A program made the translations under genes and the position numbers. Positions 1 through 12,352 of a stretch of 58,508 bases of DNA are shown here, in pieces. Under the pieces are notes generated by a model that saw only the letters and a program-made list of their open reading frames with translations, was not told the DNA's origin and ran no database searches. Origin of the DNA: Octopus sinensis (lineage: Eukaryota); assembly GCF_006345805.1 (NCBI RefSeq), contig NW_021833099.1, forward strand, positions 1 through 58,508. Reading direction: 5' to 3'. Each line of letters begins with the position of its first letter. Position 1 is the stretch's first letter.

Positions 1-49
1 CCACGACTGCGAGTCCACCGCTCTAACCACTGGGCCATTGCACCTCCAC
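1..49 (-). mobile_element. tRNA-derived SINE head (5' fragment, cut by window edge)
   Basis: Reverse complement GTGGAGGTGCAATGGCCCAGTGGTTAGAGCGGTGGACTCGCAG has a pol III A-box (TGGCCCAGTGG) and resembles the heads at 4894 and 20752. Confidence 0.7.
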
Positions 50-87
50 ATTTCTATATATATATATCACCCATTCGCTTCCGGTCA

Positions 88-199
88 TTCAAAATGTGAC
101 CGCGTGTGTACCGTTGGCGATTTTTTCCCTCCGTCTTCCCTTCTTTGGATCTTTCCTTTCCCTATGTTTCTGAAGAAGAGCTCCGCTCGAAACGTTAAA
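88..199 (+). mobile_element. Short interspersed element, family D, carrying a minimal hammerhead-like motif (Penelope pLTR-like)
   Basis: Aligns in reverse with 5579-5786 and 46966-47182; contains GTTT-CTGAAGA-A-GAGC(TCC)GCTC-GAAAC-GTT-AAA at 166-199. Confidence 0.7.
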
Positions 200-695
200 G
201 CCACCTTCAGCTTCACCAACTGATTTTATATGAGATCTAAATCATCTACATGCTCGAATCAAGTGGTCCTGGTACATTTTGGACATCTGACTATGGTAGC
301 TTTCATAGAATCTTTGGTATTCTGAGCGCATTCATTAACATTTCTCTCAACAACGCTCCGCAAGTCATAGTCCAACAGATGAAGTTCTGGGGAATTAGGA
401 GGCCAACTGTTAGGGGTTGTGTGATCATGAACAGTTTTGGCTATCCATTCCTGTATTACAAGAGGCCTGTGTGATAGTGCATAGACTTACAGAAACACAT
501 ATGGCCAACACATATACCCTTCCCAGGGCTTAACAATTATATCCTGGGCTTCAATGTAGGCGGCAGAGTTAACTCTAAGGCCTTGTAGAACAGCCCCGAA
601 AACCATGGCAGTTGCAGGAAATTTTCTATACATAACACTTGGAACTTCAGAAGGGTTTGGTTCTAGGTTAGAAACCGGCTCCTCTCTTGGTAAGA
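196..695 (-). pseudogene. Tc1/mariner (maT/DD37D-like) transposase C-terminal remnant
   Basis: Minus-strand frames read PSEVPSVMYRKFPATAMVFGAV..QGLRVNSAAYIE..IVKPW, then QEWIAKTVHDHTTPNSWPPNSPELHLLDY..SVVERNVN..DHLIRACR*FRSHIKSVGEAEGGF. This matches the WPPNSPDLNPLDY-type catalytic region; frameshifts and stops are present. Confidence 0.8.
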
Positions 696-717
696 AATCT
701 TGAAATAAAACTGAACG

Positions 718-732
718 ATGACATACATACAT

Positions 733-765
<33 letters not shown>

Positions 766-927
766 TACATACATACATACATACATACATACATACATAC
801 ATACATACATACATGCATACATACATACATACATACACACATACATACACACATACATACATACATGCATACATACATACATACATACATACATACATAC
901 ATACATACATACATACATACATACATA
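718..927. repeat. (TACA)n microsatellite
   Basis: Direct reading; source of the MYVC/HTYI pseudo-ORFs. Confidence 0.95.
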
Positions 928-1218
928 ACACATAATTGACAGATATAAAACACGCCCCTAAAAGGATATTTACCCAAACAGGTGACATAGGAGCATCGTC
1001 TTTCTACCATTCACGTTTAACAAGTGGCTTCCACTGCCATTTTCTCTGGCACAATTATTTGAAAGAGCAAAGAAGAAGTAAAGAGACTTTAAGCAATTTG
1101 TTAAAACACATACAACCTACGATTTAGCTCTGACGATGGCCTCATCGCAACCCTCTTTAAACTATACATACGTACAAAAAATATGTGCTTATATGTGGTT
1201 GTATGTACCCTAAATACT

Positions 1219-1249
<31 letters not shown>

Positions 1250-1520
1250 CGTGTGCGTATGTACGTATGTATGAATGTATGTATACCTATACGTGTATGT
1301 TTGCATATATATATATATATATATACATATAAACATGTATATATATGTATATATATAATGGATTTCTTCCTATTATTGATGTAGTTGATGCTCTCACTGT
1401 ACGCATGAAATACACTCGTCACGGATCACTGTACGTCTATTTACTTTATTGACTTTTCCATGCTTTTCTTTCAGTTTTGTTTATATTTCATTTGCTTGTA
1501 CACGGTTTTCTCTATCATCA

Positions 1521-1573
<53 letters not shown>

Positions 1574-2263
1574 GCCGTGTTTTCCTTTCATACATCATTT
1601 GTTTTGATGAAAGATAACAAACAATAATAACATTTATCCATTTCATGGATGGCAATATATATATCTGAAGCTGTTATTTCGTTTTCCTGACTACAACTAC
1701 ACGATGGACTGACTCGGAGGCAGATTGTAGTACGTATAGAACTGGATTCTTTAAATTCGTTACTGTTTATCGCAGGTCATTGCTGATCCAGACACACTAT
1801 GTTTTAATGCGTCCCAGATGTGACTATTCTGTTTTATGCTGTGACAGTGTATAAATATGTATATATATATATATATATTGCTTGTACTAAATTCCTTAAT
1901 GTGTCCCTCTTCTCTGTAAAATGATAAAGCAGGCATAGGCATCCTATTCCGAGAAGGGGACCACATGTTACATTGTTCAACATCAAGAGGGCCGCACAGC
2001 TAAAATATTTCAAGGCACTTTCTCGTCAGGCCATGCTATTAAAAAGGTTCTGCGGAGCGCAGTTTGCCCGGGGCTGTGATAAAGTGCTGCTTTCGTCAGA
2101 TTTTCAGCAGATCGTAGGTTCGTGTAGAGACATCATCGTTGGCAAAAATCTATTGTTCTTGTCCTGTGTATGACATCATCGTTACAAGTTCAAGTCTCTG
2201 CATCATTAAACTTTATATTTCTGCCAAAATGGGATCATGGGAAAAAGAAAAAAATTAACACAG

Positions 2264-2707
2264 ACGCAGGAGTGGCTGTGTGGTAAAGAGTTTGCAGCTC
2301 AACCACATGGTGCCAGGTTCAGTCCCACTGCGTGGCTCCTTGGGTGAGTGTCTCTTACTACAGCCGTGAGCCGACAAAAGCCTTGTGATAGGATTTGGCA
2401 GACGGAAACTTAAAGAAGCCCGCATGCATATATACATGCACACACACGAACACACACACACATATATCCATGTATGTGCGTATGTACCTATTTACATGTG
2501 TCTTTCTGTCTTTGTCTGTTCCCCACCACTGCTTGACAACCAGTACTGGTGCGTTTACATCTCCGTAACTTTGCCGTTCAGCAAAATATTCAACAGAATA
2601 AGTACTAGGCTTAATAACTAAAAGTATCTGGGCCGATTTGTTCGCCTAAAATTCTTCTAGTCTGTGCCCCAGCACTGCTGCAGTTCTATGACTGAAACCA
2701 TAAAGAT
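2264..2707 (+). mobile_element. tRNA-headed SINE, family B (internal microsatellite; tail ..TGACTGAAAC..)
   Basis: Head GGAGTGGCTGTGTGGTAA..CCAGGTTCAGTCCCACTGCGTGG; body shared with 6328, 14300, 19947 and 37421. Confidence 0.85.
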
Positions 2708-2929
2708 TGTAACCATCGCTCTGCGGTTAATAGTATCGCTTCACAGTCATATGGTTTGGGGCTTAGTCCCACTGCGCAGAATTCTAGGAATCCGTTGCTT
2801 ATATATGTGTGTATGTGTGTATGTGTGCGTGTGTGTATATGTATATGCGCGTGTGTTTTTGCGTGCGCGTGTGTAAGCGTGAGCGTAGCTAGCTAGGGAG
2901 GGACACAGACAAGCAAATAGACAGACAGA

Positions 2930-2971
2930 CAGATTGATAGATAAATAGATAGATGAATGGATAGATGAAAG

Positions 2972-3055
<84 letters not shown>

Positions 3056-3120
3056 TATATATATATATATATATATATCAGCATGGCCGCAGCTCTGAGC
3101 TGAAACTAGAGAAAAAAATA

Positions 3121-3170
<50 letters not shown>

Positions 3171-3313
3171 TAGAGATAGAAATAGTATATATAGATATAG
3201 AGATATAGAGAGAGAAGAGAATAGAGATAGAGATGATAGGTATATAGATAGGTAGGTATACATATATATCACACAAGACACACACTTATCATATATATAT
3301 ATATATATAATTA

Positions 3314-3350
<37 letters not shown>

Positions 3351-3357
3351 TGTATTA

Positions 3358-3418
<61 letters not shown>

Positions 3419-3500
3419 GGAAGATAGATAGATAGATAGATAGATATATAGATAGATAGATAGATAGATAGATAGTAGATTGATAGATAGATAGATAGGT
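2930..3500. repeat. Compound (GATA)n/(TA)n/(GA)n microsatellite block
   Basis: Direct reading. Confidence 0.9.
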
Positions 3501-4091
3501 TGATTGTTAAGTAGATAGGTGAATGAACGAAGCAAAAGAATTCAAAACGAGGAGAAAATTCACCCAGGTGTGAGAAAATATTCAAAGACAACCAAGTTGA
3601 TGAAGCTTGAAGTTGAAGAAAGAAAGAGAGAGAGAAAGAGAGGAAGGGGAAGAGAGAGAGAGACAAATGAGGTATGACATGACGTCATGATACTACCATC
3701 CACCAGTCGTACAATATGAAGACGTCACGTGACAAACGTCATTGTGTTGGTGTTAATGGCGTAGAAATTAAGCTGTTACACTAATTACAGTTTCCCTTTT
3801 TAACTTCTGTACTGCGTGCATCGCTTTTAAGTACTATTTAGGCATTTATTGATGAGTATGTGTATATATGTAGGTATGTCGATAATGCATACAACACATA
3901 TATAGGGGCATATCTGTAAATACTCGCAAATAACACATACACATGCACACAAGCACACACATGAATACACACATAATGCACAAGCATACACATACATACA
4001 AACGCAAGAACACATTCACATGCTCACACACGCATACATATTCAGATGAATAACACATACATATATATGTATATATATATACATATAGAAA

Positions 4092-4123
<32 letters not shown>

Positions 4124-4124
4124 A

Positions 4125-4533
4125 AACAATTTTGGCCAAATTTCGTTAATCAGTTAATCAAAAATCCTCTTACGGCTTGCTTGAGTGGCCTAAGTATAAA
4201 TTTATTTTTCTCAACCAATTCTTAGCGCATATTCCATCTGTGTATAAAATTTCAAGAAAATCGGTTGAAAACTTTAAAAGTTGTGGCAGAAATTAATATA
4301 TCATATGAGAATTTGCATTGAATGTCCTTTTGAAACATCGATGGTGATTAAAGTTATCGATTGTTTTGAAATTCCAAGAGCGTAAGTGACAACATGGGCA
4401 TAATTCCCCTACATGTGTCAAGTTTCATCAAGAACGGTTGGATAGTCTCGGCGGACTTAAAGTAACAAATTCACAAATTCACTCATGCACATACACACAT
4501 ACACATACAGAAATTGCCATTTATTTATACAGA
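4125..4533 (-). mobile_element. Possible non-autonomous Helitron-like element (3' end not recognised)
   Basis: Minus strand starts A|TCTGTATAAATAAATGG like the 5' TC ends of the Helitrons at 40504, 52066 and 57956; has an internal repeat (AAATTTCAAGAAAATCGGTTG / AAGTTTCATCAAGAACGGTTG); no CTAG end found. Confidence 0.4.
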
Positions 4534-4576
4534 TATGTATGTATGTTATGTACGTATGTATGTATATATGTATGTA

Positions 4577-4894
4577 AAAGACCCCCTTCGGTCATGAATG
4601 ACCATGGGATTGCACCTAGAAAGTTACCCTCCTAGACACAAGTCCGGGCAAGGTTGTTTATGGAAGGCCAGCAGTCACCCATGCATACCAGCCTCCCCAC
4701 TCCATGTTATCCAAGGGAAAGGCAAAGGCCAATACAGCTTGGTACCAGTGATGTCGCGACTCATTTCTACAGCTGAGTGAACTGGAGCAACGTGAAATAA
4801 AGTGCCTTGCTCGAGAACACAACACGCAGCCCGGTCCGGGATTCGAGCTCACAACCTCACGATCGTAAGCTCGACGCTCTAACCACTGAGCCAT
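4577..4894 (-). mobile_element. CORE-type SINE with tRNA(Arg)-like head (family C)
   Basis: Reverse complement: TGGCTCAGTGGTTAGAGCGTCGAGCTTACGATCG.. head, then CTCGAGCAAGGCACTTTATTTCACGTTGCTCCAGTTCACTCAGCTGTAGAAATGAG, a CORE-like domain. Confidence 0.85.
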
Positions 4895-5468
4895 ATACTC
4901 TTATACTTGTTACAGTCATTTGACTGCGGTTATGCTGGAGCACCGCCCGTAATCGAGCAAATCGACTCACCAGTTATGGAGACACTGTTAAGGGTCATGC
5001 ACACTATATCTCCACCCGACTAAAAGATAAAATTCCTGTGAGTGGAGAGACTTAGAGAAGGAGTGAGAAATGGAGATAAATAGATTAGAGAGAAACAGAG
5101 ACAAAGGTGATGATATTTACAGACGATCTAATTGACCGCTAGACAGAAGGGACTCGTCCGTCCAAAATAGCGGAGCCGGACACCACTTCTGATTGTAACG
5201 ATATCAAATGATTGGTGTTGAGACAAAGCATTGCACATTTGGTTTCTTTTCAGATCTTGATATTTTCAAGAGGTTCAAACAAGTTAACACCTGTGAAACT
5301 CACACACAGACACACATACACGCACGCACACACACAAAAACATATACACACACGCGCGGAACACATATACATACACACAAACACATGCAAGCACAAACAC
5401 CCTCCCCCACACGTACACACACACATACCCACGTATCTCTCTCTCTTTCACTTTTCTTTCTCTCTCTG

Positions 5469-5502
<34 letters not shown>

Positions 5503-5504
5503 GC

Positions 5505-5578
<74 letters not shown>

Positions 5579-5581
<3 letters not shown>

Positions 5582-5786
5582 TTAATCCAAACAAGAAAGC
5601 ACAAAAAAAACACAACAACGCGAGGATGTGGAACAAATATAATATTATTGGATGCTCAGAAAAGAAGGAAAGAAGGAGGGTTTAACGTTTCGAGCGGAGC
5701 CCTTCGTCGGAAACATAGGAGAAGGAAAGATCCAGAGAAGGGAAGACAGAGGAAAAAAATCGCCAAAGGTACACACGAGGTCACAT
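5579..5786 (-). mobile_element. Family D short element with hammerhead-like motif
   Basis: Aligns over its length with 46966-47182; motif at 5684-5714 (minus: GTTT-CCGACGA-A-GGGC TCC GCTC-GAAAC-GTT-AAAC); flanked by (TA)n. Confidence 0.75.
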
Positions 5787-5860
5787 ACATATATATACAC
5801 GTACATACATACATACATACATATATAGATATTGTAGTATCTGGGGAGACCCATTCTGTT

Positions 5861-6048
5861 TTAATGCCTTATTAATCAACACACTCCCGGTTCGATTCCC
5901 ACTCACTTACTTATTCATTTTTTCCTAAAATTTGAGAGTCAACGACAATTGAAGACTTTGCAAGAAGCAACGGAAATTTTAGAAAAATTAAATAAGTAAA
6001 TGAGTGGAAGTCGAACCGGTGAGTGTGTTAAATTGATAAGGCACTTAA
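5861..6048. mobile_element. MITE with ~70-bp imperfect terminal inverted repeats
   Basis: Left TGCCTTATTAATCAACACACTCCCGGTTCGATTCCCACTCA.. versus right reverse complement GTGCCTTATCAATTTAACACACTCACCGGTTCGACTTCCACTCA..; TTAA at both ends. Confidence 0.75.
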
Positions 6049-6049
6049 A

Positions 6050-6320
6050 TATCGATATTTTTCGGCCATCTTGGAAACGTCTGAACCACTCGTACTCTTG
6101 TGTGCGGCTCCAAACAATTTCTGGAAATTTGCGTAGACCTCCGAGTAGGTATCGCCATGACAACGTTGTCTGTCATGGTCAATGTGACGATCACACGCAA
6201 CAAATTTTCTTTCCAAGCACTGCAGTAAACAGCGCATGCGCAGCGGAGGTCAATGTCAGTATTTGCCAAGCGGCTTCACTCTGCCTTCTTTAGCTTCGTT
6301 ACTATGGCAACAGTCCGGAT
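6050..6320 (-). pseudogene. mariner-type transposase N-terminal (HTH) remnant plus upstream sequence
   Basis: Minus frames give TYSEVYANFQKLFG../SRTQEYEWFRRFQDGRK, matching the mariner HTH pattern ..V.EWFRRFK.GR..; frameshifted. Confidence 0.55.
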
Positions 6321-6327
6321 ACTTATT

Positions 6328-6680
6328 GCTAACCAGCCACATGGTTCCGGGTTCAGTCCTACTGCGTGTCTTCTGCTATAACCCCGAGTCGACCAATGCC
6401 TTGTGAGTGGATTTGGTAGACAGAAACTGAAAGAAGCCTGTCGTATATATGTATGTATATGTATGTATGTGTGTGTGTTTGTGTGTCTGTGTTTGTTCCC
6501 CTAGCATTGCTTGACAACCGATGCTGGTGTGTTTACGTCCCCGTCACTTAGCGGTTCGGCAAAAGAGACCGATAAAATAAGTACTGGGCTTACAAAAGAA
6601 TAAGTGCCGGGATCGATTTGCTCAACTAAAGGCGGTGCTCCAGCATGGCCGCAGTCAAATGACTGAAACAAGTAAAAGAG
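6328..6680 (+). mobile_element. Family B SINE (head partly deleted)
   Basis: CCACATGGTTCCGGGTTCAGTCC.. through CAGCATGGCCGCAGTCAAATGACTGAAACAAGTAAAAG. Confidence 0.85.
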
Positions 6681-6690
6681 ACCTCGCACG

Positions 6691-6721
<31 letters not shown>

Positions 6722-7588
6722 GCGAACACATATACATACATATATAAATAAAATGCACAAGAACCATATTAAATGAAATGTAATGGGCATGAGTACCGAA
6801 ATACCTCCAGTGTCCTCGGCGACAGGAACAACTTAAAGCGATGTCGAAGGTGGCGCTGGTGCTTTTGGAGACAGGAGTTAAAGGAAGCAGTGGGGAGGCG
6901 GGGGGGGGGGACAATTCCTACTAAAGAAACGCAGCCGAATATCATTGGCGGGAAACAGCCATGACGATGATGATGATGACGGCGGCGGCAGCCATGGCGG
7001 CGGTGGCAACTTGGTACTAATATCGAGGTTTTGGTAATTTCTTTTATCATATTTCCCCCAAATGGAAGCGATTCTACAAGTCTTTGATTGACATCCAACG
7101 ATAAAACTAAATAAGATACCCCAGTACACCATTCTGAATTACTATCTTATCATTGTCTTCATCTACGCCATCTTCATTTTATGGCTTCATCTCCATCGCT
7201 TCTTCCTTGCTTCCTTTCAAGATTCTTTCTGTTCTTTTTTTTTCTTTCTTTTATGTCTTGTAGATTTTATTCTTGTAATATATGTAGCTTTTTTTATGTG
7301 TTCTGTTATTGTTGTCTTTTTAAAATCTTTTTTGTTTTTTGTTTTTATTTCAGATTCTTACTTTCTTTATATTATCATTAGTTTAGCCGTTGTATTTACT
7401 ACTGTTGTTGATATTATATTGTTGATATCATCATCATCATCATCAAAACTATACACACACACACACACATACACACACACGCACACACATATATGTATGT
7501 ATGTATGTATGTATGTATACAAACACATGTATACCTCAAACGCAAAAATATACGGATATATACACACTTTATATAAGTATATAGACAC

Positions 7589-7626
<38 letters not shown>

Positions 7627-8511
7627 GTGTGTGTGTATATGCATATATACATATATGTACACATATGTTCGTGTATATATTTGTATATATATATTCACAT
7701 ATATATATATTTTATATATGGATAGATAGATAAGGGCGAGTATATAATATTTTCCCACATACAATTATTCTATATACGATTATATATTTTAATTCCAAGC
7801 CATTTCCCCCAACCACCCTCTCTCTCTCTCTTTCCCTCTCTGTCTGTCTGTCTCTCACTCTTTCGCTCTCTCTCTCCCTCTCTCTGTCGCTCCCTGTGTC
7901 TCTCTTTCGTATTGTTTCTCCAATTCACCTCATATTTATACACTAATATTTCATTGAGTAATAATTTCTCTTAGTAAAATGGCGGTGAGCTGGCAAAATC
8001 GTTTGCAGCTCAGAGACCATGCTTAGTTACATTTCTTGCAACTCGTCAGATTCTAAGTTCAAATGAAGTTGGGGTCAGATTTGCATTTCCTCTTCTGTGT
8101 GTCGATAAAATAATTATTATCTAACCGCTAAGGTTTATATAATTGACCCCTTCTCTCTTCAAAACTGGTGGCTTTGTGACAAATTTCGACAGAAATTTTA
8201 GTAGAAAACCGACAAAATTTGAATTGACAGGGTTAGTCTATACAAATGGTTTTCAACGAAAGTCCATGCCAGATTTTGCGGTGTCCATCTAAAGTAAATT
8301 GGTGGTCCACTGTTGTATTTTAGGATTTAGTGCTTTAGATGGGATTATACGAAGAAACCGCTATGACGCTTTCTATCACGTTTTACACAGTTTAACATAC
8401 ATCTAGCCACTGAAATGTGTTCTCTCAGAGAGCTCTGTTGCTTACGTATACAAGGGGACACGTGAGAAATAAAATAAGGAATTTTGAAAGACGTATCTAT
8501 AAAATTAGTGT

Positions 8512-8746
8512 TTAAACTATATAGCATTCAAATTAATTCATCATCTGTAATGCTTGTTTATCCATGGTGCTTCAAATTAATCATGCATTATCTCGTAGCA
8601 TCGTATTTTGATGATGTGGCTGTTTATGTTTAGAATTACATAAATATTGTAGGCAAAGTGTGAGAGACCAGATCAGGCCAGTTTGAACATAAAACATATG
8701 AAGTAATTAGGCCGGGGTATGGGCTGTTTTAACGCTTAACAGTTAA
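8512..8746. mobile_element. Degenerate TTAA-flanked MITE (piggyBac-like ends)
   Basis: Ends TTAAACTATATAGCATT.. and ..AACGCTTAACAGTTAA form an eroded TIR. The interior resembles an abundant octopus MITE as I recall it (not verified). Confidence 0.4.
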
Positions 8747-9247
8747 ATATTGAATGACTATAGGCGTCCACCGGAGTCAAATAGTAATTAAAGGGGTCCA
8801 CAGGTAAAAGCAAAAAACGTTGAAAGTGACTGGTCGGTATCAGTATTTAGCTGGTACTTAAGTTTTCGACCCCGGGGAGATAAAAGGCTCAGTTAATCTC
8901 GGCGGTTACTGAAGTCATTTAAATTCACAACATCTTAGAGATCAATCACATTGATTAATGATTGATGGAATGATATTGATGGTAACTCTGCTGGAACAGA
9001 ACTGTGATTTTGCATTTCTAGCAATGTCTATGCGCGTATTTTCTGTGTATGAACATTACCATTGTAGTGATTGGTTGTAACTGTGATGACGCGTAAGCAT
9101 TCGCGTTTCTGTGTGTATGCATATAATTATATTTATGTCTTTCTATCAATGTGTGCGAACATTATGTGCGTGCGTGTGTATAGGTGTATATTTATATCTC
9201 TGTATGTACATATGTCTATTTCATGCCCGTGCATATATACGCATATA

Positions 9248-9305
<58 letters not shown>

Positions 9306-9311
9306 TAGTTA

Positions 9312-9342
<31 letters not shown>

Positions 9343-9403
9343 GTATATTTGTTAATGTGTATGTATGTGTGTGTCTGTGTGTGTGCGTGTGTGGTGTGCA
9401 TCT

Positions 9404-9579
9404 ACGCAGTTGTTGGTGGAAGTGTTTGAGCATTTTTCTAGTCAAGCAGGACTTAGAATACGTACATACATACATACATACATACATATGTATACATATA
9501 TACATGTTTGTATGTATGTACGTATTCTACATCCTGCTTGACTAGAAAAATGCACAAATACTTCCACCAACAACTGCGT
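9404..9579. repeat. 71-bp inverted repeat (4 mismatches) around a 34-bp (TACA)-like spacer
   Basis: Arms 9404-9474 and 9509-9579 aligned by hand. Confidence 0.9.
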
Positions 9580-9582
9580 GTT

Positions 9583-9630
<48 letters not shown>

Positions 9631-9819
9631 TATATGTGTGTGTCTGTGATTGTGTGTGTGTGCGTGCGTGTGTGTGAAAGAAGCTGCAGCTTTGACAAAT
9701 ATAACACCTTTCATTTGGCATATGACAAGAGTCTAAATGAATATTTAGTACCTACGGCCACCTGGATTATGTACAGCGCGCGCACCACGCCTGTTGATAC
9801 GCATATATACCCATATATA

Positions 9820-9866
<47 letters not shown>

Positions 9867-9999
9867 CATATATATGCATACGTACATACAAATAAGTACA
9901 TGATTATATACTTATACAAGTATAAACATATGTATGTATATATACCCATAAATATATAAATACATATATATATATATATATATGCAACAGAATATATGA

Positions 10000-10031
<32 letters not shown>

Positions 10032-10437
10032 GCATATATAAATATATTGCCATTCATATATATATATAAATGCTAATATATTTATACATATTTGTCTATG
10101 AGCATGTGCGTTCGTTGAATATTGTAATTTATCACGTGGTGTCAGTTTCTAAGAAAGAATACGTTTAACTTATCACTTTAGCGAACAAAAGTAAAAACCG
10201 TTTTCTCTATGTTTAGCAACGTTTCAAACGAAATATTTCTTTACCGGTAAGTCTCAAATAGGTGGTATCTAATTCTTTATATAGACGTATAGCTTTTCGT
10301 ATGTTGCAGCACATACAAACAAACTGAAATATTCACATCTACATATATTCAAAAGCAACTGTTTGTCAACGGAAGGGCGTGGGAGTACCCTTACGCAATA
10401 TATATGGTTATCGGATGTTCTTTATTTGAACTGAATC

Positions 10438-10487
10438 GTTTTTAGTACAACTCTAGTTTCACGCTACTGCGATCTTCAGGTAAAAAC
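10438..10487 (-). ncRNA. Degenerate type-I hammerhead-like motif (Penelope-like terminus)
   Basis: Minus: GTTTTTAC-CTGAAGA-TCGC(AGTA)GCGT-GAAAC(TAGA)GTT-GTACTAAAAAC; the stem II closing pair is mismatched. Confidence 0.5.
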
Positions 10488-11065
10488 TACTTTTCTTTTG
10501 TAATCAGACTGGTTTTATTTTCCTTTAACAGGTTATCGTTTCAATTGGATCGTTTCTAATGTTGTTTTGTTAAGGTTTTGAGATTAACCCATATATTATC
10601 GTTTCTGTGTTCACTGGTCGGTTGCACTATTGTTCATCTCTAAATCATTTCCCATTGAGCAGCGCCACATATATGGAATTATGACGGAAACTAAAGTTAA
10701 ATAACAATACTACATCGACTTTCTTAACATTTCCATAAATAAGGATTGTAGCTTGATTAGCCAATAAATTCTGTTACAGTCAGTTCAAGCAGAGTATGAG
10801 CGTAGACAGGAGTGCGTCCTTAAAAAAGTGTATTGGTATGTTAGACGAGTGTAAGGTTTCGCAACACCAGAAGAATCGTATGAGGCTGTGATACAGAATA
10901 AGAGTTGAAGGATTAGATGAGAGTTCAGTTTAGACTGCCGAACTATGGAAGCAGGAATACCAAATATGATTATAGAAGACATAAAAAAGAAAAAAGAAAA
11001 ATCCATGTAAGATCATAGACTTTACAAAACATCAAGACGGACGAAATGCCGCCAAGTATAATAAT

Positions 11066-11072
11066 AATAATA

Positions 11073-11123
<51 letters not shown>
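11066..11123. repeat. (TAA)n microsatellite
   Basis: Direct reading. Confidence 0.95.
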
Positions 11124-11280
11124 GCAGTTTATCTTGATATGAGATCACCATGTCGCGTACATATGGTTGTAATGCATATGCATGGTATACCCTTATCAGA
11201 CGGGTAGTCATGATGGGTATATTGGGCTTCGTATATTTTACCCCAGTGTCACTTTGATGGCATGCACTGCTCTCACACTC
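11124..11280 (+). mobile_element. 3' 157 bp of the TAA-inserting non-coding element (family T)
   Basis: Ungapped match to 50819-50975; flanked on both sides by TAA repeats. Confidence 0.85.
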
Positions 11281-11498
11281 AATAATAATAATGACAATAT
11301 TAAAGATGATGATGACGATGTTGATGACGATGATGATGATGATGATGATGTTGATGATGTTGATGATGATGATGATGATGATGATGACGACGACGACGTC
11401 GACGAAGAAGAAGAAGAAGAAGAAGAAGAGAAGAAGAAGAAGAAGAAGAAGAAGAAGAAGAAGAAGAAGAAGAAAAGAAGAAGAAGAAGAAGAAGAAG
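11281..11498. repeat. Compound triplet tract (AAT>GAT>GAC>GAA)
   Basis: Direct reading; produces poly-D/E/K/R pseudo-ORFs. Confidence 0.9.
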
Positions 11499-12273
11499 TG
11501 GTACAAAATGTTGAGGAATATGCATATTGGAAAAAGAGCTTCATATCTATTTGCCTTAATGATGCCATAGATTATGCCATAGTATGACAGTTCAGATCTC
11601 TTCATTAAATATTGCCATATTCGTTGGTATGTACTGTAACAGTGAAAGTCATAAGTAAACTGTTAACGAATTACAACAAAACGTAACTATAAAATCGTAC
11701 TATTTCTATTTTTTTTGCCTTGGTGTAATTCGCTATGATCTTAAAAGACCGCTATTTATACGGCCAATCCCTATTGGTACCTCACAACACACTCATTAAT
11801 ATTTTGATTACTGTGCCTCATTATCTTGGTGACTACCGTATTACCATAATTATAAAGTGATTATCACATAATATAGATAGCACAAGATAAATAGCTCATC
11901 GCCAAACAAATAAACGTAACAATTTATTCTCCTCACCATATTTTCATAAGATGCAACACAAGTATATCCGGAAGGAAACACAACAACTGATTTTTGATAT
12001 TTGAATACGAGGATATATCTTTGATATCTTGGATGATATTAAGAGCATCATCAACTACGGAGTATGTAACTTTGATCACATATATTATTACTAACAGACA
12101 GCATGTATGTGTATATGTGGATACGTGCGCATTATATGTGTGTGTGTGTATGAATATGTATACATACACATATATACATACATATGTATATATATATATG
12201 TATTGTATTGTATGTGCTTCTATATAATGTGTGATTCTCTATATAATGTATATATATATATACGTATATATAC

Positions 12274-12352
<79 letters not shown>

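Noticed and set aside
1973-2173. 66-aa ORF with weak RTE-like flavour (IKRAAQLKYF)
   Set aside because: Similarity is limited to a few residues; cannot assign it.
4825-4894. tRNA-Arg-like sequence (also at 1-49, 20690-20752)
   Set aside because: No acceptor stem, and it continues into a CORE domain and tail; it is a SINE head, not a tRNA gene.
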